A DNA stretch of 64,000 nucleotides from an uncultured bacterium (lineage in GTDB: Bacteria; Verrucomicrobiota; Lentisphaeria; Victivallales; UBA1829). A program made the translations under genes and the position numbers. Under the pieces are notes generated by a model, which saw only the letters and a list, made by a program, of their open reading frames with translations, had not been told where the DNA came from and searched no databases. The DNA is taken from contig URKJ01000001.1 of assembly GCA_900548385.1 (NCBI GenBank), positions 72,360 through 136,359 on the forward strand, written 5' to 3'. Below are positions 35,411-44,277 of the stretch, in pieces. Each line of letters opens with the position of its first letter. Within the stretch, counting starts at the first letter, position 1.

Positions 35411-36307
35411 TCAGAGGGAAACGGCGATCAGTCCCGCGACGATCAGGATGATGCCGATCAGTTTCGCCTGGCTGCATGGTTCCTTGAGGATGAACACACC
35501 CGCCAGAACGCCGAGGGGAAGACTCATCTGGCGGAATGCCTGAATGTAGCTGACATTGGTGACGAATCCCATCGCCAGCAGGATCAGCGCATATGCGGAG
35601 GAGCTGAACACTCCGGTGATGAACGGCCATGGTGTTTTCAGAAACAGACGGCGGAATTCCGCCCGTTCCCGTTTCTGCGTCAGGACGAAGAGTCCGAGCG
35701 ATGCCGCGAGTCCCGCTTCAATGAGGAAAAGATAGAACAGCGAGCGGGAGATTCGCGATGCTCCGGTTGTCTGTTCCAACAGCTTTGCCGCCTGACTGTC
35801 GAAGATCGTGTAGCCTGTCGTTCCGATTGCGATCAGAATCACGAAAAACAGTACACGGGAGCAGTAGGTGCGCCAGTGGAAATCGCGGAACCGGTTCAGC
35901 GGCAGGAGCAGACAGCCGAACGAGATCACCGCCATTCCGCACAGTGCGAGCGGACCGGGCGTTTTGCCCAGTCCGAACAGAAGTGTCACGCCGGCGACCA
36001 TCAGCACCGGCAGGGCGCGGCCGAGCGGATAGACGAGGGAAATGTCGCCGCAGCGGTATCCGTAGGCGAGACCGAGGACATACACCATTTCCGTAAGAAC
36101 GCTCAAGCCGAACAGACACCAGAATCTGCCCGGAAGAGCGGCGCAGTCGATGCCGGAATGCAGAAAGAATCCCAGCCAGATCAGCGCACCGGTTGAGCTG
36201 GCAAGCATATAGAATGCGCCGGACGGATTGCTCTTCTTGCTCAGGAAGTTCCATCCGGCATGAAGAAAGACCGAGATGAAAACCAGACAGAATGCGGAGA
36301 GTGTCAT
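35411..36307 (-). CDS. EamA/DMT superfamily transporter
   Basis: About 10 predicted TM helices in two similar halves. N-terminus FISVFLHAGWNFLSKK. ATGA-type 4-nt overlap with the upstream gene. Confidence 0.82.
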   Translation of the reverse strand: MTLSAFCLVFISVFLHAGWNFLSKKSNPSGAFYMLASSTGALIWLGFFLHSGIDCAALPGRFWCLFGLSVLTEMVYVLGLAYGYRCGDISLVYPLGRALPVLMVAGVTLLFGLGKTPGPLALCGMAVISFGCLLLPLNRFRDFHWRTYCSRVLFFVILIAIGTTGYTIFDSQAAKLLEQTTGASRISRSLFYLFLIEAGLAASLGLFVLTQKRERAEFRRLFLKTPWPFITGVFSSSAYALILLAMGFVTNVSYIQAFRQMSLPLGVLAGVFILKEPCSQAKLIGIILIVAGLIAVSL

Positions 36308-37659
36308 TTCTCCACATCTCCGAACGAGTTCCTGCGGTACGTTTCAACGCGGTTGCCGAGGGCGTCAAGCGCGGTTTTCGCATTCGCGTTCCCTGCGATG
36401 ATCTCCTGCATCAGCGCTCCTTCCACGGCACAGAGACGGGTCTGCGCGGGGAAATAATCCTGAATCAGAAACGAGACGTATTTTACCAGTCGGAATCCGC
36501 CGACGACATGCGGAATCTTGTTTCCCATGATTTCCACCGCCGCGCAGGTTCCGGCTTTCATGGCGGCGATCAGGTCGGCAAGTTCGTCGGACTCCGCGAG
36601 AACGACCGTGAAATTGCGGAACGCCAGCTGGTCGCGGTCGGTTCCGTGGGAGTCGCTGACTCCGGCGACGGGGAACCGGTTTCCTTTGGCGGTCTCTTCG
36701 TAATAACGGGCGATCTGGCAGTTGTTGGACCGCCACTGATAATCGTAAAAACCGCCGATTACCTCGAAAATATCGAACTTTTTCCGCCGGAACATGGCGT
36801 CGGTGATCCATTCGCCGATCACATAGCGGTTCTGCTGCCAGTAGGGGTGACAGAACATGGCGAGTCCGTTTCCTTCCCGGATCCGGTCAAACGCCCATTC
36901 GCTTGCGGCGACGGGAAAGGGCGTTTCCCCGTCCGGGATCAGTTCCGGAGGCAGGGATCGGCTGATCTCCTCCACTTCGCGCCGGTACCGTTCCGGTTCG
37001 TTTTTCGCCAGGTCGTTGACGCTGAACGTGCCGCCGAAATTGATGATGTGGACCGGATTGTCCGGGGTATGCACCTCTTCGCCGGGAAACAGACGGAAGC
37101 CGTTCCTGAGGTCTTTCCAGAACTTCATCGTATGCAGGGAGGGGGCATATTTCCCGTGATCGGTGACGGCGATAAAGTCGAATCCCTCTTCCCGGTAGCG
37201 TGCCGCGACGTATTCCGGCGCTTCCATGCCGTCGGAGCAGAGAGAATGCAGATGAATGTCGCCTTTGTAGGGGCGCAGTTTCATCAGGTCGGGATAAAGG
37301 GAGTAGAGATTGAAGCGGATGGCATTCATGTCCCGTGCGACCCAGGCGGAGGAGGCGCGGCGCGCGGGAAGATCGTGCAGATCAAGTATGAGGCTGTGTT
37401 CCTGTTCTCCGGCGAAGAAGATGCGCAGAATCAGCGAGCCGTCCCGGAGTTCGGCGGAGCGGATCGCTCTGCTTGCCTCTTCCGTTTGCTTGCCGTCTTC
37501 GGGAGCGAACTGACCGCTCACCGGCAGGCAGCGGATCGTGATTTTATCCAATTCCGGCAGTTCCGCATGGGGAACGCGCGGGGTGATGCGGATTTCCGAT
37601 TCCTGATCGGCGGGGACAATGCGGGGAAAAACATCGAAATAATCCTGAAAGCTCTTCAT
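36304..37659 (-). CDS. PHP-domain (CehA/McbA-like) metal-dependent hydrolase with N-terminal beta-sandwich region
   Basis: GDIHLHSLCSDG and AVTDHG resemble PHP motifs. Start ATG 37659 with GGAG RBS. Confidence 0.65.
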   Translation of the reverse strand: MKSFQDYFDVFPRIVPADQESEIRITPRVPHAELPELDKITIRCLPVSGQFAPEDGKQTEEASRAIRSAELRDGSLILRIFFAGEQEHSLILDLHDLPARRASSAWVARDMNAIRFNLYSLYPDLMKLRPYKGDIHLHSLCSDGMEAPEYVAARYREEGFDFIAVTDHGKYAPSLHTMKFWKDLRNGFRLFPGEEVHTPDNPVHIINFGGTFSVNDLAKNEPERYRREVEEISRSLPPELIPDGETPFPVAASEWAFDRIREGNGLAMFCHPYWQQNRYVIGEWITDAMFRRKKFDIFEVIGGFYDYQWRSNNCQIARYYEETAKGNRFPVAGVSDSHGTDRDQLAFRNFTVVLAESDELADLIAAMKAGTCAAVEIMGNKIPHVVGGFRLVKYVSFLIQDYFPAQTRLCAVEGALMQEIIAGNANAKTALDALGNRVETYRRNSFGDVEK

Positions 37660-37787
37660 TTTTGCTCCTTTTTTTGAAATGTCGCTTTCAATAAACACGA
37701 TAGATGCTACTGTACAGTCTGTATGGCGAATTTCAACAGGAACAACAAAAATAAATGATGTCGCTTTTTTACGACATGGGAGGCTAT

Positions 37788-38531
37788 ATGAACATTATCG
37801 ACCAGTTGAACAATCTGGGATTGAACGGCAGACAGGCGCGGGTGTATCTGTCGATTCTGCAGCTCGGCCCCGCTTCGGCGATTGAGATAGCCAAGCACTC
37901 CGGATTCAAACACCCGACCGTGTACGATGTGCTGGATGTACTGAAGGAACGGCGTCTGGTTACGGAAAGCACGATCAACGGACGCAAGGTGTTTGCTCCG
38001 GAGGATCCGTCGTCGCTGCTGCAGATGGAGGAGGAACGCCGGATCATGCTGGAGTCGATCCTGCCTGATCTGCGGGATCTTTATCTCGGCGGGACTCACC
38101 GGACGCGGATTCATTTTTATGAGGGAAGAGCGGGAGTGATGGCGATCCGGACCGAACTGCTCAATGTCCGTTCGAAAGAGTATTTTTATTTCGGTTCCGT
38201 GCAGGAGATGCTGAAACTTTCCTCGCCGGAGGAGGAAGAGGAGTTCGTGAGGGAACGGATGCGGCGGGGAATCTGGTCGTGGTCGATCCGCAACCGGATG
38301 CGCGAGGTCCCGTTTGAATATATGAAACCCGGCGAACACAATTTCCGGCATGTTCGCTACTTTCCGCGTCCGATGAGCGACAGCGTTTCCGGCCTGTATA
38401 TTTATGACGACAAAATCGCGATCGGCTCCGCTCTCAAGGAGAACTATTCGATCATCATCGAGAGCCGCGAACTGTTCACGCTGATGAAAGCGCTCTGGCA
38501 ATGTATCTGGGACATTGCGGAGGAGCCGTGA
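37788..38531 (+). CDS. TrmB family transcriptional regulator
   Basis: LGLNGRQARVYLSILQLGPASAIEIAKHSGFKHPTVYDVLDVLKERRLV (TrmB winged helix). GGGAGG RBS before ATG 37788. Confidence 0.8.
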   Translation: MNIIDQLNNLGLNGRQARVYLSILQLGPASAIEIAKHSGFKHPTVYDVLDVLKERRLVTESTINGRKVFAPEDPSSLLQMEEERRIMLESILPDLRDLYLGGTHRTRIHFYEGRAGVMAIRTELLNVRSKEYFYFGSVQEMLKLSSPEEEEEFVRERMRRGIWSWSIRNRMREVPFEYMKPGEHNFRHVRYFPRPMSDSVSGLYIYDDKIAIGSALKENYSIIIESRELFTLMKALWQCIWDIAEEP

Positions 38532-38535
38532 GCGG

Positions 38536-39396
38536 TCAGCGCTTGCTGAACTGTCTGCGGTAAAGTTCGGGCGAGGCGCCCATCCGCAGTTTGAACCGCC
38601 GGCTGAAATGATAGGGATCGTTGTAACCGAACTGACGGGCGATCGTGCGGATGGAAAAATCCGTGGAGAGCAGCCGGTCGGCGGCGCTGCGCAGCTTGCA
38701 TTCTTCCAGATAGGCTTTCGGAAGCATTCCCGTGTGCGCGAGGAACCGCCGCCGCAGAACTTCACTGGAAAGCGAGGCCAGTTCGGCAAGCTCTTCCACG
38801 GTCCACCAGCGCTGGAGATCGTTCTGGATCAGCTGCAGAAGTTCTTCCATCTGACTGCTCCGGGAACGTTCGCGGTTGCTGAAATAGAGCTCGGTCAGCA
38901 GATTCTGCAGCTGAATGTTCGCATGGATCTGTGCGTCCCGGCTGGGATCCGCGATCTGTTCGATGATCGGACAGAGACGGCGGACCGTTCCGAGTTCATA
39001 GGCACCGGAAACAAGAATGCCGGATGCCGCCATCATGTCGGCGACGGGACCGCAGAAACGGATGGAGTCTTCCACATACGGCAGTCCGTTTCCGCCGTAC
39101 CGGTTGCGGATTCCCGGAGTAATGACCACGAGCGTTCCGGGAGTGAGTTCCTGTTCGTCCTGCTGCTCGATCCACAGCCTGCCGCCGCCTTCGATAAGGT
39201 GTGAGATGGAATAAAATTCAAATTTCCGTTCGGGACAACGCGCAAAGCCGTCCGGAGCGCTGCGCACGGCAAATGAAGCATTGATGATCCAGAGCCCGTA
39301 CCGCCGGTTGAATTCCGGCATTTGCGCCACGAGTCTGTGTATCGGCGGCGAAGCGGAGATGATGATTTTGTCATTACTCATACGTTTTTTATCCAT
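38536..39396 (-). CDS. AraC family transcriptional regulator
   Basis: C-terminal HTH pair (WTVEELAELASLSSEVLRRRFLAHTGMLPKAYL ... IRTIARQFGYNDPYHFSRRFKLRMGASPELYR). Start uncertain (ATG 39396, 39381 or 39450). Confidence 0.8.
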   Translation of the reverse strand: MDKKRMSNDKIIISASPPIHRLVAQMPEFNRRYGLWIINASFAVRSAPDGFARCPERKFEFYSISHLIEGGGRLWIEQQDEQELTPGTLVVITPGIRNRYGGNGLPYVEDSIRFCGPVADMMAASGILVSGAYELGTVRRLCPIIEQIADPSRDAQIHANIQLQNLLTELYFSNRERSRSSQMEELLQLIQNDLQRWWTVEELAELASLSSEVLRRRFLAHTGMLPKAYLEECKLRSAADRLLSTDFSIRTIARQFGYNDPYHFSRRFKLRMGASPELYRRQFSKR

Positions 39397-39483
39397 TCCA
39401 TTTCTTTTCTTATCGTGTATAATATATCGCAAACAGGGTCTTCCTGTCAAGTTTTTTTCAAAAAATCAAAGGAGTTTTTCAGA

Positions 39484-40620
39484 ATGAGCGGAAAACAGAT
39501 CGGTGTGGCGGTGATCGGAAACGGACAGCGTGCGAAACATGTCGTTTCGAATCTTCTCCGTGACTCGGAACGAATGGTGAAAATCGTGTCGGTCTATGAT
39601 CCCGATGTCGAAGTGTCGAAAACGTGTATGAAGTTCTGGCAGTCCCCTGATGCGAAAATCTGCGGAAGCTGCGAAGAAGCGGTCAACACGCCCGGCGTTG
39701 ACTGGGTCATGGTCTTTTCGCCGAACGCACACCACAAGGAAGGCATTCTTACCGGATTTGCGGCGGGAAAGCACGTCTTTTCGGAAAAGCCGCTTGCAAC
39801 GACGATTGATGACTGCCGTGCAATTTACGAGGCTCATCAGAAGAGCGGTCTCCTCTTTGCAACCGGATTCGTTCTGCGGTATGCTCCGATTTACCGCCGG
39901 ATCAAGGAAATCCTGGATTCCGGCGTGCTCGGTTCGATCATTGCGATCGACGCCAACGAGAACATCACTCCCGAACACGGCGGCTACATCATGTGCAACT
40001 GGCGCCGCCATACATCCGAGGCGGGACCGCACATTCTGGAAAAATGCTGTCACGACCTGGACCTGCTTCTCTGGTTTATCGGATCGCTGCCGTCCCGCGT
40101 CGCTTCTTTCGGCGGACGCAATTTCTTTACTTCCGCGAATGCGAAACTGATGGAGAAATACGGGAAAAAGACTTTCTGCACCTGGCCTGATCCCCATGCG
40201 ACGGAAACACCGTTCACGGAAGATACCGATCTGATGGACAACAGCGTTTCCGTCGCGGAATTCCGCAACGGCGTCCGCATGACGTTCACCGCCACGATGA
40301 GCAACGCGATGCCGGAACGCCGGATGCTGTTTTCCTGTTCGGAAGGGACGCTGTCGATGGATCTCTATTCCCTGCTTATCCGCTATAAACGTCTCGGTTC
40401 CGACGAGATTACGGAAATCTCGTTCCGCGGAGACGGGCATGGCGGCGGCGACTCTTTCATCATGAAAGAGCTTTATGAGACGATGTGCACCGGAAGCCTG
40501 CCGAAATGCAGCGGCAATGAAGGATTGCAGAGCGCCGTGTTTGCCTTGGCAATGGATGAGGCGGCACGCAAAGGCTCCGTGGTTGATCTGGAACCTGTCT
40601 GGAGCTCGCTCGGACGCTGA
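39484..40620 (+). CDS. Gfo/Idh/MocA family oxidoreductase
   Basis: Rossmann N-terminus IGVAVIGNGQRAKHV. EKPLATT motif. Confidence 0.88.
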   Translation: MSGKQIGVAVIGNGQRAKHVVSNLLRDSERMVKIVSVYDPDVEVSKTCMKFWQSPDAKICGSCEEAVNTPGVDWVMVFSPNAHHKEGILTGFAAGKHVFSEKPLATTIDDCRAIYEAHQKSGLLFATGFVLRYAPIYRRIKEILDSGVLGSIIAIDANENITPEHGGYIMCNWRRHTSEAGPHILEKCCHDLDLLLWFIGSLPSRVASFGGRNFFTSANAKLMEKYGKKTFCTWPDPHATETPFTEDTDLMDNSVSVAEFRNGVRMTFTATMSNAMPERRMLFSCSEGTLSMDLYSLLIRYKRLGSDEITEISFRGDGHGGGDSFIMKELYETMCTGSLPKCSGNEGLQSAVFALAMDEAARKGSVVDLEPVWSSLGR

Positions 40621-40639
40621 TTCTTTGTTTGAAACGCAG

Positions 40640-40681
40640 AAAGCGGACTGTTTCCGGAATTGGAAAACAGTCCGCTTTTTT
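40640..40681. terminator. Bidirectional rho-independent terminator between convergent genes
   Basis: GCGGACTGTTTCC (40643-40655) pairs with GGAAAACAGTCCGC (40663-40676). Flanked by an A-run upstream and a T-run downstream. Confidence 0.75.
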
Positions 40682-40706
40682 ACGTTATCAATTACAGGAA
40701 AACCGG

Positions 40707-41183
40707 TCAGGCTTCCGCGCGGGAAAGAATTTCAAGACAGTTTTTCGGATCGGGAGACGCAAGGAACGCGGCTTTGAGACGGCCGTCATAGAAGAGCGAT
40801 CCGATGGAGGCAAGGATTTTCAGATGGGTGGCGCGCTGCTGTCCGCCTGCCACGACCATAAACACCAGTTTGACCGGCTGGTTGTCGGGTGACTGGTAAT
40901 CGGCGATGCCGTCGGGGCAGACTGCGAGCGCCATGCTGGGTGTGTCGATATTGTCAAGGCGGACATGCGGGACGGCGATGCCGTTTCCGATCCCGGTGCT
41001 CATCAGGCTTTCCCGGTGAAAGATTCCCCATGCCAGATCGTCGTGCGGAACCATGCCGTCAACCTGCGCCAGCCGGTCGATCAGAGTGTTGAGCACTTCG
41101 TCTTTTGTCAGGTTTCCGTGCAGAACGAGAATCCGATCGCTGAGGAGCGGACCGATGGGGATTTGTTTCGTGTCACGAGCCAT
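40707..41183 (-). CDS. ptsN: PTS EIIA (PtsN / nitrogen-regulatory EIIA-Ntr-like) protein
   Basis: GIGNGIAVPHVRL (phosphorylatable His motif). ~158 aa. Confidence 0.82.
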   Translation of the reverse strand: MARDTKQIPIGPLLSDRILVLHGNLTKDEVLNTLIDRLAQVDGMVPHDDLAWGIFHRESLMSTGIGNGIAVPHVRLDNIDTPSMALAVCPDGIADYQSPDNQPVKLVFMVVAGGQQRATHLKILASIGSLFYDGRLKAAFLASPDPKNCLEILSRAEA

Positions 41184-41361
41184 TATAGTTTTCTTTTCTC
41201 CGGTAATCTTGAGTTTTCTGAAATTTACCATGATTTTTGATATTTTCAAGCCTTGTGCCGTCTTTTCCGCTTGACAATTTCAAAAAATGGTATACGTTAG
41301 TTCCATCCCCCCATTATTTACGGTATGTGAAACGAAAAACCAAAACCTGAGGAGTGGGAAA

Positions 41362-41676
41362 ATGGCTGAAGTCATGCATTTTACAGAAGAGGAATTTGAA
41401 GCGAAAACTTCAAAAGGAGTTGTTCTTGTTGATTTCTGGGCGGAATGGTGCGGACCCTGCAGAATGCTCGGACCCGTGCTGGACCAGGTCGCGAACGAAG
41501 TCGACGGAAAAGCGATTGTCGTTAAAATGAACGTGGATGAGGTTCCTGCGCTGGCGAAGAAATTTGCCGTCCGCACGATCCCCGCGCTGTTCATTCTCAA
41601 AGACGGCGAGATCGTCAAACAGTTTACCGGAGTGCAGGATAAAGCAAAACTGGTAAAGGAAATCGAAAGTGTATGA
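41362..41676 (+). CDS. trxA: Thioredoxin
   Basis: VLVDFWAEWCGPCRMLGP active site. GAGG RBS before ATG 41362. Confidence 0.95.
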   Translation: MAEVMHFTEEEFEAKTSKGVVLVDFWAEWCGPCRMLGPVLDQVANEVDGKAIVVKMNVDEVPALAKKFAVRTIPALFILKDGEIVKQFTGVQDKAKLVKEIESV

Positions 41677-43034
41677 GTCTTTCGCTTCCCGCTGAAACCG
41701 CGGAATTCTTGCGCGGGAGAACCGTGCTTTGCGGATTCAGCGGCGGATCGGACAGTCTCTGTCTTCTTTTGGCGCTGAACGAATGTTCGGCGCCTTTTCA
41801 TTTTCAGCTTTATGCGGTCCATTTCAATCATGGTTTGCGCGGAGCCGAGAGCGATGCCGATGAAGCGTGGTGCAGGGAAAAATGCAGTCGGCTTTCCATT
41901 CCGTTCCGTTCGATTGCACTGGATGTTCCCGGCGCCCGGAAAGCGGGCGAAAGCGAGGAGACCGCCGCACGGCGGTTGCGTCTGGCCGGGTGGAAACGGC
42001 TGACGGAAGAGATTCCCGGAGCGGTCGTCGCTCTCGGTCATCATGCGGACGACCGCACGGAAAATCTGCTGCTGCGTCTGTTCCGCGGTTCCAATGTTTC
42101 CGGGTTGACCTCCATGCGGAGCCGCTGGCTTGTGGACGGTGTGACGTTCGTGCGTCCGCTTCTCTCTTTTACCCGCGCGGAGCTTGAGGCGGAACTCCGG
42201 GAGCGCGGCGAGTCGTGGCGGACGGATTCCACGAACAACAACGCGTGTTGCGGCCGTAATTTTCTGCGTTTGGAACTGATCCCGTCGCTGACGGAGCGTT
42301 TTCCGTTCGCTCCCGGTGGAATGCGCCGTTCGATTGCCGCGCTGGAACAGGATGCGGATTGTCTGGAACAGGAAGCGCGTGCGGTCTACGGTTCCGGAAA
42401 CGTGAAAACGCCGTCGGACTGGGCGGCGCTTCATCCGGCGCTCCGCTGTCGTGTTCTCCGCTGTTTTCTGGAGGAACATCGCGGGGGGATCATTCCGGAT
42501 GCGGCGCTTCTGGAACGGTTCGCCGGAGCGGTGGCGTCTCCGCCGGAAAATGGCGAATGCATACGGATCCCCGTATCCGGCGGCGGTGAGATTCTCGTGG
42601 AGCGGGAGAGGGTGCTGTTCCGGACGGAAACGGCGTTTTTGCCGGAACTCTGGGATTTGCAGGATCGGACGGAGTGCAGATTCGGGGAGTTTCTGCTGAC
42701 GGCGGATCGGACAGAGACCGCCGGGCTTCCGCAGCCGGATTCCCGGACGGTGTTTTTTTCGGCGGAACTTCCGAGGGTTCTGGAGGTTTCCGCCCGGCGG
42801 GACGGCGACAGGATGGTGCCGTTCGGCCGTCATCATTCCGTGCCATTGAAAAAATTGTATTCGGAGGCGGGGATCCGTTCGTATGAACGGGATTCCGTGC
42901 CTGTTTTGCGGACGCTTGAGGGAACGGTCCTGTGGATTCCCGGCGTCCGGCGTTCGGCGTTTTTCCCTGTGCCGTCCGGAGGGGGAAGCGTATGGAGAAT
43001 CCGGGCGGAACGGGTCATTCCGGAAAGGAGTTGA
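41673..43034 (+). CDS. tilS: tRNA(Ile)-lysidine synthase
   Basis: PP-loop CGFSGGSDSLCLL. ATGA overlap with trxA. Confidence 0.9.
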   Translation: MSLSLPAETAEFLRGRTVLCGFSGGSDSLCLLLALNECSAPFHFQLYAVHFNHGLRGAESDADEAWCREKCSRLSIPFRSIALDVPGARKAGESEETAARRLRLAGWKRLTEEIPGAVVALGHHADDRTENLLLRLFRGSNVSGLTSMRSRWLVDGVTFVRPLLSFTRAELEAELRERGESWRTDSTNNNACCGRNFLRLELIPSLTERFPFAPGGMRRSIAALEQDADCLEQEARAVYGSGNVKTPSDWAALHPALRCRVLRCFLEEHRGGIIPDAALLERFAGAVASPPENGECIRIPVSGGGEILVERERVLFRTETAFLPELWDLQDRTECRFGEFLLTADRTETAGLPQPDSRTVFFSAELPRVLEVSARRDGDRMVPFGRHHSVPLKKLYSEAGIRSYERDSVPVLRTLEGTVLWIPGVRRSAFFPVPSGGGSVWRIRAERVIPERS

Positions 43035-43036
43035 AA

Positions 43037-43849
43037 ATGAAAAGTGCATTGCGTCCGTGGGAGGAATATTTGCCGCCGTTTCATGTTTGCGGAAAACTCT
43101 GGCATGTCGGCGGGAAAAGTTCTCCGTCTTATCTGTTCGATACCGGGGACGGACTGCTGCTTTTGGATACCGGATACCCGAAAACGGCGTATCTGCTGAT
43201 TCAGAATATTCATGAGCTCGGTTTCGATCCGCGGAAGATCCGCTGGATTCTTCATTCCCATGGTCATATTGATCACATGGGGGCGACCCGTGCGCTTGTC
43301 GAACTGACCGGAGCGAAGACGTATATCGGCGCCGGGGACCGGGAGATCGTCAACGGGTCCGTGGATCTCTCCTGGGCGCGGGAACTCAACACGGAGTTCG
43401 TGGAGCCGTTTGAGCCGGATGTTCTGATCCGGGACGGCGATGTGCTGACGTTCGGAGCTCTCTCGTTCCGCTGTCTTTCGACTCCGGGGCATACGCCGGG
43501 AGTGATCTCTTATTTTTTTGAACTGGAGGAAGACGGCGTCGTTTACCGGGCGGGAATGCACGGCGGAGTCGGGTTCAACTCCATGGCGGGGGAATTCCTG
43601 CGCCGTTACGGACTCTCGACGGAGTGCCGGACTCAGTTCCTTGCCGGACTCGACCGTTTGAAACGGGAGCCCGTGGACGTTTTTGTCGGCAATCATCTCG
43701 GCAACAACCGTTCTCTGGAGAAAGTCGCCCGGCGGGAAGCCGCTCCGGATGGCCCGAATCCGTTTATTGATCCGGAAGAATGGCTTCGCTTCCTGAACAG
43801 CAAGGAAGCGGATTTCCGCCGTTTTCTGGAAGAAGAAAATAAAAAATAA
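43037..43849 (+). CDS. MBL-fold metallo-hydrolase
   Basis: HSHGHIDHMG (HxHxDH). Start 2 nt after the tilS stop. Confidence 0.85.
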   Translation: MKSALRPWEEYLPPFHVCGKLWHVGGKSSPSYLFDTGDGLLLLDTGYPKTAYLLIQNIHELGFDPRKIRWILHSHGHIDHMGATRALVELTGAKTYIGAGDREIVNGSVDLSWARELNTEFVEPFEPDVLIRDGDVLTFGALSFRCLSTPGHTPGVISYFFELEEDGVVYRAGMHGGVGFNSMAGEFLRRYGLSTECRTQFLAGLDRLKREPVDVFVGNHLGNNRSLEKVARREAAPDGPNPFIDPEEWLRFLNSKEADFRRFLEEENKK

Positions 43850-43858
43850 GTTTTTGCT

Positions 43859-43884
43859 GTAACCTTTTCCGGTTGTATGCGTTT
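43859..43884 (+). promoter_or_regulatory. ECF-sigma-like promoter motif TGTAAC-N16-CGTT upstream of GG-leader gene 1
   Basis: TGTAAC 43859-43864 and CGTT 43881-43884. About 40 nt (CTGTAACCTTT..CCG.T.TA..GCGTTT.CA.GGTG.AA) are shared with the upstream region of the second GG-leader gene (61646-61672, minus). Confidence 0.45.
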
Positions 43885-43947
43885 TCATGGTGAAAACGGT
43901 TGCAGAACAGCTGAAACCGGTAAAAAAAATGAAATGGAGTGTGCGTT

Positions 43948-44235
43948 ATGAAAACAATCTGTGAACTGAGTGATTCCGAGCTTGAAAACGTGGTCGGCGG
44001 TCTGCATTACTATGTGGACAAGAGCAATCCGGTACAGGGAAAAAACGGTCGGCTCTGCTACAATATTTATTCAAGTTCGGTGGAGGCTTCCGGAGATTGG
44101 CAGAACCTGTTCAAAGGAAAAGGCGCAAAGGATATGTCGATCAGCATGTCAATGTCTCACAAGGTGATCCCTGTGGATCAATATGATGCGTTCCGTGAAC
44201 GTGCGGCGGGCAAGCACACGTTCCACGAGTGCTGA
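43948..44235 (+). CDS. Small secreted-type protein with double-glycine (bacteriocin-type) leader
   Basis: MKTICELSDSELENVVGG|LHYY... fits the LSxxELxxVxGG leader consensus. GGAG lies 8 nt before ATG 43948. Hairpin terminator follows directly. Confidence 0.6.
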   Translation: MKTICELSDSELENVVGGLHYYVDKSNPVQGKNGRLCYNIYSSSVEASGDWQNLFKGKGAKDMSISMSMSHKVIPVDQYDAFRERAAGKHTFHEC

Positions 44236-44244
44236 TTGCGCGAT

Positions 44245-44273
44245 CCGGAGCCGGAGATCCGGCTCCGGTTTTT
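44245..44273. terminator. Rho-independent terminator (shared by convergent genes)
   Basis: CCGGAGCCGG-AGAT-CCGGCTCCGG followed by TTTTT. Confidence 0.8.
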
Positions 44274-44277
44274 CTGT

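Noticed and set aside
38622-38647. Third TGTAAC-N16-CGTG match (ECF-like promoter motif).
   Set aside because: It lies inside the AraC coding region on the antisense strand, lacks the extended flanking conservation seen at the two GG-leader genes, and has no ORF downstream.
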